Part shown: positions 48,652 through 57,528 of the stretch, piece by piece | Layout of the letters: each line of letters opens with the position of its first letter | How positions within the stretch are numbered: the stretch's first letter is position 1 | Origin: a virus | Taxonomy: Duplodnaviria; Caudoviricetes | DNA: 61,565 bases | Reading direction: 5' to 3' (one strand) | IMG/VR virus record: IMGVR_UViG_3300044941_000051 | Span: 1 to 61,565 of that record | Notes under the pieces: model-generated | Databases searched by the model: none | Seen by the model: the letters and a program-made list of their open reading frames with translations, nothing else | What the model was told of the DNA's origin: nothing | Made by a program: the position numbers and the translations under genes

Positions 48652-48983
48652 CACCAAGCCCCCCGCTCCTCGGCTTCCAGCTCGGCCTCGTATTCAAAGG
48701 CAGCCCGCGACAAGCCGGCCAGCGTGTCGGCATCCAGCGGATCGGCCCAAGTGGAGCAAGTCGCACCCAACAGCGCCAGCGCGCGGGCGACGTTCTCGGG
48801 CTTGATGTTAAGCTTGCCGATCTGCACCGACAGCAGGTTGCCATCGCCGTCATACCATCCGTATGCGTCGATGGTCAGGTCCGGCGCCTCGATCAACAGC
48901 TCGTTGCGGTGCGGGCCGGGATGCAGCGGCGAGGCCTCGGGCGCAGTGGTGCGCCATGCGTCGTAGGATGCGGGCAGGGTCAT
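48651..48983 (-). CDS. Hypothetical protein
   Basis: MTLPASYDAWRT...; GAGGGA RBS. Confidence 0.6.
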   Translation of the reverse strand: MTLPASYDAWRTTAPEASPLHPGPHRNELLIEAPDLTIDAYGWYDGDGNLLSVQIGKLNIKPENVARALALLGATCSTWADPLDADTLAGLSRAAFEYEAELEAEERGAW

Positions 48984-48994
48984 GGCGGTTTCCC

Positions 48995-49225
48995 TCATGC
49001 AGCGGTGATCTTGGTGCCGTCGATGCAAGCGTAACGCGGCTTTCCCTTGGACTGGCCGTCGATCATCAGGGTCGCGCCCTTGGCGTCGGTCTTGAAAAAC
49101 TCATAACCAGCATCACGCCACATCTTGCGATGCTTGGGTTTCACCTGAGTGATCCGCAGGTAGCTGGCAATAGTGACGGTTTTGCCAGCGTCCAAAGCGG
49201 CGTTGATCTTCTCTGCAAGGGTCAT
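48995..49225 (-). CDS. Hypothetical protein
   Basis: MTLAEKINAALDAG...; GAGGAG RBS. Confidence 0.65.
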   Translation of the reverse strand: MTLAEKINAALDAGKTVTIASYLRITQVKPKHRKMWRDAGYEFFKTDAKGATLMIDGQSKGKPRYACIDGTKITAA

Positions 49226-49250
49226 CTTCGTCTCTCCTCTCGTTGAATGC

Positions 49251-49322
49251 AACATACGCGAAAAATGTCCACCGCGCAAGCGAAAAATGTGCTTGCCGGG
49301 ATATTTTTTTTCGCGCTATGCT
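49251..49322. promoter_or_regulatory. Divergent sigma70-type promoters with repeated operator-like boxes
   Basis: Leftward TTGCGC-N17-TATGTT; rightward TTGCCG-N18-TATGCT; GCGAAAAATGT x2. Confidence 0.6.
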
Positions 49323-49328
49323 GCGGGC

Positions 49329-49532
49329 ATGATGAAACCCGCAGACATCCTTGACAGCCTGGGCCGCGAGCGTGTCGCCACTGCCATCGGCGTAAACATG
49401 CGCCGCGTCCAGCGCGCCGCAAGTGAAGATCGGCTGCCCGCGCTCTGGTATGCTGCGCTGTGCGACCTGGCCGGGCATGACCTGCCGCGCGAGGTGTTCA
49501 CCTTCAAGTATGCCGACAGGGGCGCCGCATGA
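49329..49532 (+). CDS. Cro-like HTH regulator, probably leaderless
   Basis: ILDSLGRERVATAIGVNMRRV...LPALWY; ATG begins 7 nt after the -10 box. Confidence 0.65.
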   Translation: MMKPADILDSLGRERVATAIGVNMRRVQRAASEDRLPALWYAALCDLAGHDLPREVFTFKYADRGAA

Positions 49533-49721
49533 ACGCACTTTATCTTTCGCCGCTTTCCGGCGGTGCATCCCTCCCGCGCGACCTTTGCTCAGAGGCCGGG
49601 AGAGAGCGGTTCAAGCGCCGGATGCACCACCCGAGCGCGGCGGCATTGTCAGCACAGTGCGGAACCCGCCGTGGGCGTCACGCCCCCGCACCCGCGCTCG
49701 ACCACACCAGAAGGTGACAGC

Positions 49722-50084
49722 ATGATCCGCGCCGCCGCACTGGCCCTGCTCGCCAGCCCCGCCGCCGCGCAGGACGTGTGCAGTTTCGGCCTTCCCGACC
49801 GACCCCGAACTGAGGTAGGTATCGCTGCCAGCGCCGAACCCGGCGTCTGGGCCGAGATCGAAATCGCCAACCAGCTTGCAACACGGGTGCGGCGCGTCTG
49901 CATCCTCACGCTTGACCACGAAACGGTGCGGGTGATTTACGACGCCGGCGATGGTGCGCTCCCCGATCTATTCCGCGTGGAGCCGCCGCCAGGATACATC
50001 GCAGAGCCGCCCGAGGTGATAGTGCCGGATGGCAGCGGGGCGACGATCCGCATCCGCCGTGCAGATGTGGGGCCGATGGGATGA
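49722..50084 (+). CDS. Secreted/periplasmic hypothetical protein
   Basis: Signal peptide MIRAAALALLASPAAA-Q; AAGGTG RBS. Confidence 0.6.
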   Translation: MIRAAALALLASPAAAQDVCSFGLPDRPRTEVGIAASAEPGVWAEIEIANQLATRVRRVCILTLDHETVRVIYDAGDGALPDLFRVEPPPGYIAEPPEVIVPDGSGATIRIRRADVGPMG

Positions 50085-50263
50085 CCGACGATCAGGCCCG
50101 CCTCTGGCACATCCAGCGCAAGGCCGATCTGGCGCGGCTGATCGACCGTCAGACCAGCATCGACGCGCTGGAACGCCTGCGCCAAGCCGCCGGGCACGAG
50201 TTCGACGCGGACCTGCACCGCCGCCTCGCGCGGCGGGTGATGGATATTAAGGCGCTGAAGTAG
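50081..50263 (+). CDS. Hypothetical protein
   Basis: ATGA-coupled 60-aa ORF. Confidence 0.55.
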   Translation: MTDDQARLWHIQRKADLARLIDRQTSIDALERLRQAAGHEFDADLHRRLARRVMDIKALK

Positions 50264-50342
50264 GGGGTGCTCCTATATCACGCTGGCGCCTCGCGCTGCT
50301 CGACGCGACATATCACGCCGCGTGATATAGGAGCTAGTCGTC

Positions 50343-50600
50343 TCAAGCTTCGCGCAGGAAGCGCACGCCGAGCACGCCGTCTTCCGTCACAACACGGTAC
50401 TTGAACTTCGACCCCTTGATCCGGTTCGTCGCGCTGCGGATGTACCGGGCTGCTCGCCTCGGCGCCGTTTCCTCTGCCCAGAAGAACGACATACCCACCG
50501 GGCAGTTCATCATCGCCACAACAGCTGCCGCCGGGGGCCGGCCTGCGCCGGCGTTAATGCGCGGCGGCAGCGGCACCGGCTCGTAGATCACTTTGGTCAT
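50343..50600 (-). CDS. Small hypothetical protein (possible DNA-binding)
   Basis: PVGMSFFW...GVRF; AAGGAGG RBS. Confidence 0.6.
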   Translation of the reverse strand: MTKVIYEPVPLPPRINAGAGRPPAAAVVAMMNCPVGMSFFWAEETAPRRAARYIRSATNRIKGSKFKYRVVTEDGVLGVRFLREA

Positions 50601-50884
50601 CGAGGCCTCCTTGGTTTGCGATAAGAGTAGATAGTCCACCACTCAGGTGTGCGTTGGCGGAATGCTTCCCACTCTGCAGGGGTCATTGCCCCTTTGACGT
50701 GATTACACGCTCTGCAGCACAACACAACATTATCTTCATCGCCCCCGTGCATAACCACGGGGATGACGTGATCCCTTGTTACCAGCAGGGGGTGGCTGGG
50801 CCCCACGCTGTCGTCACCGATCATTCGTCGGCCGCACCAGTGACACGGCTGTCCGTGCCCCTGGCGTAACCTGTTGCCTCCCAC
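50597..50884 (-). CDS. HNH endonuclease
   Basis: CHWCG..TRDHVIP..GG..NVVLCCRACNHVKG. Confidence 0.85.
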   Translation of the reverse strand: MGGNRLRQGHGQPCHWCGRRMIGDDSVGPSHPLLVTRDHVIPVVMHGGDEDNVVLCCRACNHVKGAMTPAEWEAFRQRTPEWWTIYSYRKPRRPR

Positions 50885-51174
50885 GTTGCCTCCTCTAGTA
50901 GCTCAGCTACCTTCGCTACATTGTCCTCGTTAACCACTAGGGCCAGACCCCCGGCGCCGATGATCTGCTCGAGGTTCTTCTTCTGCAGATCGGTTGGCCT
51001 GTTCTTTCCGGCCTTACACTCGATACCGAAAAAGCGCCCCTTATAGCAGCCGACGATGTCGGGCACCCCAGACGCGCCGTACCCGCCCATTACCGGGTAG
51101 AAATAGTAGGCGCCCAGCGCTTTCAGCTGAGCGACCACAAGCCTCTTCACCTTGACTTCAGGCCCGCTAGCCAT
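50821..51174 (-). CDS. VRR-NUC family nuclease (Holliday junction resolvase-like)
   Basis: E.KV, GVPDIV..GRFFGIECKAG..PTDLQ. Confidence 0.85.
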   Translation of the reverse strand: MASGPEVKVKRLVVAQLKALGAYYFYPVMGGYGASGVPDIVGCYKGRFFGIECKAGKNRPTDLQKKNLEQIIGAGGLALVVNEDNVAKVAELLEEATWEATGYARGTDSRVTGAADE

Positions 51175-51517
51175 CGGAAAGCTCCTTCGGTTTGACAATC
51201 CAGTAGTGGTCGTCGTCGATACGCGCGCCGACGCCGTAGATGTTGGCCTCTGTGAGTCCTCTGCCCTGAAGCATGTTGACGACAGCCACACGGTCTTTCA
51301 CCCACTCGGGCAAGTCCTTGGTCTTGAGTAGGAACTCGTTCGGGGGCTCGATCTTTGCGGCACCGATATACACCATGTACCACGTCTCATCGCCGAGGTA
51401 ATCGAGACGCCAGAGTTCGTTAACCAGCTCGTCGCAGATCATTGCGACTTGTGCAGCAGTCGGCCCGAAAAGGTGCCCTCGCTTTAACCACGTTTCTCCT
51501 GTCATTCGATACTCCAC
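51167..51517 (-). CDS. Hypothetical protein
   Basis: LPEWVKDRVAVV..GVGARI. Confidence 0.6.
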   Translation of the reverse strand: MEYRMTGETWLKRGHLFGPTAAQVAMICDELVNELWRLDYLGDETWYMVYIGAAKIEPPNEFLLKTKDLPEWVKDRVAVVNMLQGRGLTEANIYGVGARIDDDHYWIVKPKELSDG

Positions 51518-51559
51518 TTTGTTGTGTTCACGCTCGCAGGCAGGCGCTCTGCCGTGACC

Positions 51560-51691
51560 TTATCGTGCACACCATTCAGTCTCTCCTCGCCGCGTCGGCT
51601 TGCAGCGTTCGTAGAACCGCATGGCCTCGCCGTAGCTGTCGAGGTTGAAGTCACGGTGCTTGTCGAGAAACTCTTTGCTGTACTTGGTCAT
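51560..51691 (-). CDS. Short ORF (43 aa), possibly truncated
   Basis: MTKYSKEFLDKHRDFN...; strong GAGGAGAG RBS downstream of a palindrome. Confidence 0.5.
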   Translation of the reverse strand: MTKYSKEFLDKHRDFNLDSYGEAMRFYERCKPTRRGETEWCAR

Positions 51692-51760
51692 GTTCTCTCT
51701 CCTCTTTCTGCGGCATATCACGCCGCATGATATGGCTGCGCCTCTCGGCGCAGCCGGTTC

Positions 51761-52960
51761 TCAGAACTCGCCCGACGACACGTGCACCACTTGCCCGTGC
51801 GGGGGGCGGCAGTTCTTGTTGTCGACGATCACCCACAGCACGGGGCACGGCCACTGGCCCCATGACCCACCGAAGTAGCCGTCGGTGAAGACGATAGCGC
51901 ACTGGGCCTTGATGCCATGCTTAGCCATGTGCTCCGGCACGCACTCGACCATGGTGCCACCGCCGCCAGCGGGCTTGGTGCTCTGGATCATGGTGTCCAG
52001 TTCGTGCCGCTCGTAGCGCTCGTCGCCGCAGACCTTGGTGTCCCAATAGAGGATGCGGACAGCCTCGGGGTGGACAGTCTCGGCGATGGCTGCCAGTTCC
52101 GACATCATGCGCTGGACTTCCCGGGCGCCGATGGAACCCGACATGTCGGGTGCGACGACGATCTCGCCGATCTGCTCGCTGACGCCGGATGGCATGTAGA
52201 TGTCCTGCGCGAGATACCGGCGGTTGGGCTTGCGCCAGCTTGTATAGTCATTGCCGGCACAGGTCGTCGTGATGAACTCGCGCAGCACCTCGGGCCACGG
52301 CTGGGTCGCTTCCAGCAGCTCGTCGAACGTCCGGCTGCCACCGGACCCCAGCTTGCCCGCAGCGATGGACCCCTGCCGCAGGGCCTCGTCGAGACGCTGC
52401 GCCAGGTCCTGTGCTTCCTCGGCGGTCATGTCCTTGGCACCGTCCCAGTCGTGCATGTCGAAGCCCTCGCCCGGGTGGCCCTGGCCAGCACCGCCGCCCC
52501 CTTGCTGCTGCTGCAGGTCACGGAACACGCGCGGGCTGTCCCAGCCCAGATACTTCGTATCGTAGCAACCCTTGCTCAGCGGACCGGTCATGGTGGCGAA
52601 CTTGTCTTTCTTGTTCTCCTCGACCAGCTGCGTGTTGATCACGAAGTCGCACGCCATATTGGCACGCATACTGTCAATATCGAACATCCAGCGCAGGTTG
52701 CGCAGGTGGCGGTAGATCTTGTGGTAGACCTCATGCAGCACAAGGAAGCGCAACTCGCTGTCCTTGAGGCTCTCGACGAAGGCACGGGAATACCACTCGT
52801 CGCGGCCGTCGGTGCAGGCGGTGCGGATGCGCGGGTCGTCGGTCACTACTCGCTTGCCGACCAGCATGACACCGGACAGGGCGATGTAGCGCGGGTGCGC
52901 CATGATAGCCACGACGGCTTTCTGTATCCGCTGCTCTGCGGTGGGCTTGTTATGGAACAT
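51761..52960 (-). CDS. DUF2201-like metallopeptidase-vWA protein
   Basis: TACTDG, LHEVYH zincin motif, N.ACD..IN; MIDAS DMSGS, GGGT, VFTDG. Confidence 0.88.
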   Translation of the reverse strand: MFHNKPTAEQRIQKAVVAIMAHPRYIALSGVMLVGKRVVTDDPRIRTACTDGRDEWYSRAFVESLKDSELRFLVLHEVYHKIYRHLRNLRWMFDIDSMRANMACDFVINTQLVEENKKDKFATMTGPLSKGCYDTKYLGWDSPRVFRDLQQQQGGGGAGQGHPGEGFDMHDWDGAKDMTAEEAQDLAQRLDEALRQGSIAAGKLGSGGSRTFDELLEATQPWPEVLREFITTTCAGNDYTSWRKPNRRYLAQDIYMPSGVSEQIGEIVVAPDMSGSIGAREVQRMMSELAAIAETVHPEAVRILYWDTKVCGDERYERHELDTMIQSTKPAGGGGTMVECVPEHMAKHGIKAQCAIVFTDGYFGGSWGQWPCPVLWVIVDNKNCRPPHGQVVHVSSGEF

Positions 52961-53046
52961 CTTCTCTCTCCTTTGTTATATCACGCTCACGCCTCGCTGG
53001 CGCTTCGCCCCGCTCGACGCCGCATATCATGCGGCGTGATATGCGC

Positions 53047-53319
53047 TCAGTCTTCGAACTCGTCCTCGTCATCTTCCGGCTCGTCAAACGCGGCGAACGC
53101 CGGGGTCTTGTCGCGCTTCAGGATGGCCTTCTGCGCCTTGCGGATCAGCATGGTGAACCGATGCGCTTGCTTCCGCACGTAGATGTCCGTGCGGCGCTTC
53201 TCGGCCAGCGGCAGCGGCGCTGCTGCCACGGCCTTGCCGTAGGCGATGACGGTTTCCCACGCCGCCCGCCACAGTTCGATCTTCGCCTCCAGGGTGACGA
53301 CATGCTTATCCTTCTTCAT
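53047..53319 (-). CDS. Hypothetical protein with acidic tail
   Basis: AGGAGG RBS; ends EPEDDEDEFED. Confidence 0.65.
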   Translation of the reverse strand: MKKDKHVVTLEAKIELWRAAWETVIAYGKAVAAAPLPLAEKRRTDIYVRKQAHRFTMLIRKAQKAILKRDKTPAFAAFDEPEDDEDEFED

Positions 53320-53376
53320 GTCTTCTTCCTCCTGACGACGATTTCGATCCCGAGATCGTGGGTGACGGCCACGGGC

Positions 53377-53796
53377 CTACTCCTGCGTGAAGCCGTGGAA
53401 CCAGCCGGGCCCACGGGTGTCAGGGCGGCTGCACCACGCCTGCGCCTCGGCCAGGGTCAGGCCGCGACGGATGACGCGCCGGCGCCCGTTGCGCGAGAAG
53501 CGGATGATCTTGTAGGTGGCCATGTCAGTTCTCCTCTTGTTGGCTTCGGGCAGGGACTCCCACAGGCAGTAGGACTCGTCGCCACCGGTGGGCAGCCAGT
53601 CGGACTCGTAGGGCTCGATGTTCTCGTCGTCGCACTGGCAGGACCAGTCCATGTGCCACTCCACGACCCCGTGGGCGGTGTTTTTGTTGTAGTAGTTGCG
53701 CCAGACGCAGGGGTTGCCGCTGGTGTCCACGTCGAGGTGGGCGAAGTCGGGGTGCCCGAGACGCACGAGGTCCGCGCGGGTGGCGTAGGTGGTCAT
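53377..53796 (-). CDS. Hypothetical protein with internal RBS/start at 53523
   Basis: In-frame AGGAGAACTGAC-ATG inside the ORF. Confidence 0.6.
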   Translation of the reverse strand: MTTYATRADLVRLGHPDFAHLDVDTSGNPCVWRNYYNKNTAHGVVEWHMDWSCQCDDENIEPYESDWLPTGGDESYCLWESLPEANKRRTDMATYKIIRFSRNGRRRVIRRGLTLAEAQAWCSRPDTRGPGWFHGFTQE

Positions 53797-54074
53797 GTCT
53801 CAATCTCCAGATATGCAACAGCGAAGACTGCCATGGCGAACGGATCGTTGCCGACGAGCAGGAACCCGTCCGCGTCGTCGCTGGGATCCCACAGCACCCA
53901 CAGGCCCTTGTTCTCGGCCGCACGGGCGATCAGGGCCTCGGCATCGTTGAGGTGCGTGCGCGCCTCGGCCTCGAACACCGGGCGCAGGTCGATGGCGTAA
54001 CCGTGCGTGGCCAGCGCCCGGAGCGCCGCGAACGGCGGCTCCTTCTGGCCGGGTTTGAAGTTTTTCTGGATCAT
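53793..54074 (-). CDS. Hypothetical protein
   Basis: AGGAGAACTGAC-ATG start. Confidence 0.65.
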   Translation of the reverse strand: MIQKNFKPGQKEPPFAALRALATHGYAIDLRPVFEAEARTHLNDAEALIARAAENKGLWVLWDPSDDADGFLLVGNDPFAMAVFAVAYLEIET

Positions 54075-54117
54075 GTCAGTTCTCCTTCTGTCGAAGTTTG
54101 CGACACATGTCACAAAG

Positions 54118-54534
54118 TCAGGGCAGCATCTGCGCGGCGGCGTTTGCCCGGTTCCGCATCTCGTCCAGCCACGCATCCCAGCGCAGCGCAGCGGCGACGC
54201 GCGCAGAGTCGGTCGCCTCGTCGAGCGTGAGCAGGATCGACCCGTCATAGGATTCGTAAAACGTGACGACAGCAGGCGCGATGGCCGGGTCGAACAGCAT
54301 GACGGAGGCGTCGTACTCGTAGCCCCGTCCAGCGCGCCACGCGAAGGGTGTACCGGTGCTGGTCAGGTAGTTCTCCACCTCCCCGGGCAGCATGCCGTAG
54401 TTAATTTCTTCCCAGCTGTGCTCGAGCAGCGAGAAGGTGTCGGTCGGCTCGCCCAGCGTCTTGTCGAGCACCGCCTGCAGCGCAGCCGATGGCGGCGCGG
54501 CAAGGATCAGGGTGCAGTAAGTGCGGTCTTTCAT
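54118..54534 (-). CDS. Hypothetical protein
   Basis: AGGAGAACTGAC-ATG start. Confidence 0.7.
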   Translation of the reverse strand: MKDRTYCTLILAAPPSAALQAVLDKTLGEPTDTFSLLEHSWEEINYGMLPGEVENYLTSTGTPFAWRAGRGYEYDASVMLFDPAIAPAVVTFYESYDGSILLTLDEATDSARVAAALRWDAWLDEMRNRANAAAQMLP

Positions 54535-54562
54535 GTCAGTTCTCCTTCTGAGCGTGATATGG

Positions 54563-55477
54563 CTATTCCTCGTCGTCCCAGCCGAGGCTGGGGAGCGACT
54601 TCAGCACCTTCTGCATCTCCTCGCGAGTGCTCTCGCGGAACGTGGGGTTCCGCACGAGGTCATCCTTGACCACGCCGGCCAGCGTGCGCTCGAGCGTCTC
54701 CTGTGCCTCGGTCAGCACCGGGTTGCCGGTGAAGTTGCTCACGGCGAGCATCTCCGCCAGCTCGCGGATGTTGTCGATGGTGCTGTCGAAGATCCGCCCC
54801 TTCTCGTCGCCGGTCCCCAGCTGCCGCACGAATGTGGTCAGCTGCTTGCGCAGGTCGTCGACCTTGCTCTGCACCGCGCGCTCGGTCTGCTGGCGATAGA
54901 AGGTCTCATACTGTTCGCGCAGCATGCTGCGCGCCTCGTTCTCCATGTCCACCCGCCAATCGCCCACCTCGGGCACCGGGATGTAGGACAGCCGGAAGGC
55001 GAACTTGCAGCGAACCGCCTCGGTGGTGGGGTATTCGTCACGCACGAACAGATCGCCCAGCTTGGCGTGCACCTGCGCCACCTGCCATGTGTAGGCGCCG
55101 AGGAACCGTTCCACGAGGGCGTCGAACTCGTTTTGCAGGCGCGTCATGGCGGCCTGATAGGCGAAGAACTTCGCGGTAGGCAGCAGGCGCAAGCCGCTGT
55201 CGGTCCACGGCAGCGTCATGCCGTAGTGCATGTTCCGGGCGTTCGCGGCGAACTTCTGGATCGCAATCAGTTCCTCGCAGTCAGCTAGCAGGTTCTTGTT
55301 GAACGCGCCGGCCGACTTGGCCGCACGCTTGTCGGCCAGCAGGTCGTTCGTGGCGGCCTTGTCCTTGCGCCGCGCGGTCCAGACGCTGATCGACAGATCG
55401 ACCAGCATCGCCGAGCTGGCGATGGAAGGCACGGCATGTGCCGGGGGCACGGGCTGGGTGGTGTAGTCGGTCATCAT
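54563..55477 (-). CDS. DUF3150-like phage protein
   Basis: AMLVDLSISVWTARRKD, TLPW.DSG.RLLP, YPT..VRCKF. Confidence 0.7.
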   Translation of the reverse strand: MMTDYTTQPVPPAHAVPSIASSAMLVDLSISVWTARRKDKAATNDLLADKRAAKSAGAFNKNLLADCEELIAIQKFAANARNMHYGMTLPWTDSGLRLLPTAKFFAYQAAMTRLQNEFDALVERFLGAYTWQVAQVHAKLGDLFVRDEYPTTEAVRCKFAFRLSYIPVPEVGDWRVDMENEARSMLREQYETFYRQQTERAVQSKVDDLRKQLTTFVRQLGTGDEKGRIFDSTIDNIRELAEMLAVSNFTGNPVLTEAQETLERTLAGVVKDDLVRNPTFRESTREEMQKVLKSLPSLGWDDEE

Positions 55478-55517
55478 TTTCTCTCTCCTTTGTTATATCA
55501 CGTCGCGTGATATGCGA

Positions 55518-55934
55518 TTACACGTTCACTTGCACCGTGCGGACCACCCGCACGGTGTCGCAGGCGATGTCGTAAAGCCCGTAAGACACGGCGCAGTCGT
55601 CTTTGCCCTCATAGCTCTCCTCGATGTCATTAACTTCCTCGCCTACGCGGACGAAGCCCCAGGCCCACAAAAAGCCGCGCTCTTCGTCGAACTGATCGAG
55701 CAGGGTGCGCATGTGCATGAAGGCTTGCACATCCTCGTAACTCTCATACCACTTGACGCTTTCCATCGAGCAGTAGAGCAGCGTCACGCCGTCGCTGAAC
55801 ACCTTGTGCTTCCAGTAATCGGCCACGCCGTATTTCTGCACGTTGGGGTGCAGGCAGTAGACGGCCATCACCTCATCGGCATGCGCCTTGCTCTCGAACA
55901 CGGCCACCATGGCCACGTCGCTACGGTATCCCAT
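55518..55934 (-). CDS. Hypothetical protein (138 aa)
   Basis: MGYRSDV..VKWYESY..FVRVGEE; AGGAGG RBS after a palindrome. Confidence 0.75.
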   Translation of the reverse strand: MGYRSDVAMVAVFESKAHADEVMAVYCLHPNVQKYGVADYWKHKVFSDGVTLLYCSMESVKWYESYEDVQAFMHMRTLLDQFDEERGFLWAWGFVRVGEEVNDIEESYEGKDDCAVSYGLYDIACDTVRVVRTVQVNV

Positions 55935-56002
55935 TTTCTTCCCTCCTATATCACGCCACGTGATATGGCTGCGCCTTGCGGCGCAGCCGGTTTCCTGTTT
56001 CC

Positions 56003-57091
56003 TCAAATGTCCGCGCCGAACAGGTGCGCGTTCTTGCGGGCGTAGTCGGTGAACGCCTTGTGGGTGGCCACCATGCCGGCCTTGGCGTAGCCTTTCGCCC
56101 GCACGCCGTTGGCGAACATGGCCTGTGCTTCGGCGGGCAGGCGGTTGAGGTAGATCATCCACGCGTCGAGCCAGTCGCGCTCGATGGACGCCAGCGCACG
56201 GAAGACGATCATGCACAGGGCTGCGGGGTTGTCCGGCACCTTGGCGGTCTCGGGCGTCTCCTTGATGGACTTCTGGGTCGGCAGCTTGTTGGCCAGGGTG
56301 ATGAACGCCTGCATGTCCAGCGCGGCACGGGTGCCGAGCGTTCCGATCAGGGCGGCAGTCAGGGTGTGGCTGTCCATCCGATCCCGCAGCTTGACCAGCA
56401 TGCTGGCCGTCTCGAGGCTGCGGCCGGTGACGAAACCGTCGCGCCCGACGGCGCGCGGGTGGTAGATGAGCGGGTTGTCTTCGGGGTTTTTGATTTCCCT
56501 GAAGTCCTGCATGCAGTGCGGGTTCTCCCGCACCCACCCGGCCACGACGGGGTCGATGTCGTTGTTGATGGCCCAGATAACCCATTCGTCCGCCGTCGCC
56601 TTGCGGAGCTCGACGACGATGATGCGGTTGCGCGTGTGCGCAGGCAGCATGTCGCCCAGACCCTCGGCAGTGAGGTTCGAGGTTGCGAACAGGATCGACT
56701 CCGGGTGCAGCTTGTAGCGCCCCATCTGCCGCTCCAGAATGAAGCGGTTCAGGGGGTTCATGATGGATTTGTTCTTGCCGAACTCGTCCAGCATGATGAT
56801 GCTCGGGGTGTCTTGCAGATGCAGGCCGAGCTCCTCGTTGGTGGCGAAGGTCACATAGTCGTTGTCGCCGACGTTCTTCATGCGCGGCAGCATGAGATCG
56901 CCCGCCTCCTTCGTGGTGCAGTCGAAGTAGATCGGCAGGTGCGTCGGGTGCCGCTCGGCCAGCATCCTCAGCAGGGCGGTCTTGCCGGTGCCGGTGTGGC
57001 CGAGCACCAGCACGGTCTTCTTATGACCGACGAGGCTGATGAGGTCGACGGTCTGCTGGTGGTTCAGTCTGTAGATGTTCGCGTTGTCCAT
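56003..57091 (-). CDS. MoxR-like AAA+ ATPase
   Basis: GHTGTGKT Walker A, IMLDE Walker B, ATSN sensor, RNR finger. Confidence 0.88.
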   Translation of the reverse strand: MDNANIYRLNHQQTVDLISLVGHKKTVLVLGHTGTGKTALLRMLAERHPTHLPIYFDCTTKEAGDLMLPRMKNVGDNDYVTFATNEELGLHLQDTPSIIMLDEFGKNKSIMNPLNRFILERQMGRYKLHPESILFATSNLTAEGLGDMLPAHTRNRIIVVELRKATADEWVIWAINNDIDPVVAGWVRENPHCMQDFREIKNPEDNPLIYHPRAVGRDGFVTGRSLETASMLVKLRDRMDSHTLTAALIGTLGTRAALDMQAFITLANKLPTQKSIKETPETAKVPDNPAALCMIVFRALASIERDWLDAWMIYLNRLPAEAQAMFANGVRAKGYAKAGMVATHKAFTDYARKNAHLFGADI

Positions 57092-57238
57092 TGGTTTTCT
57101 CCTTCTATATCACGCGGCGTGATATGGGGTTTTGTTTTCCGTCGTGGTGCCGGCGCAGCCGGTCGCGTTGTCCATTGGTTTTCTCCGTCAGGTGGGTTTA
57201 TATCACGCCGCATATCATGCGGCGTGATATGGTTTGTT

Positions 57239-57499
57239 TTACGGCTCCGCCGTGGTGGCGCAGCCGGCAGCGTACTGATCACGCAGCGCAGCGTCGGCAC
57301 GGCGGAGCTGCCGGCTGTCGTGCCACTTGTCGCTTTTGTACATCGGGTATGAGCACTTCCGCAGGTTGTCGGCCCAGCGCAGGGCCTTGGTCATCATGTC
57401 GGCCGAGCCAAAAAAGCGGCGCATGACGGGCAGGGCGTGGGCGATGGCACGCTGGCGCTGAGCGCGGCGCCAGGCGCGGTCACGGGTGGTCTTGTCCAT
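57239..57499 (-). CDS. Basic hypothetical protein
   Basis: AGGAGAG RBS after a palindrome. Confidence 0.65.
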   Translation of the reverse strand: MDKTTRDRAWRRAQRQRAIAHALPVMRRFFGSADMMTKALRWADNLRKCSYPMYKSDKWHDSRQLRRADAALRDQYAAGCATTAEP

Positions 57500-57528
57500 G
57501 TTCTCTCCTTTTCTCCTTCTATATCACG

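Noticed and set aside
50310-50328. parS or CRP/FNR site identity for the palindrome
   Set aside because: parS (TGTTTCACGTGAAACA) has no 3-bp spacer, CRP/FNR half-sites have a different arrangement, and no ParB was seen
55935-56585. N-terminal extension of the 355-aa ORF 55518..56585
   Set aside because: Overlaps the AAA gene out of frame; the likely start is ATG 55934 with an RBS
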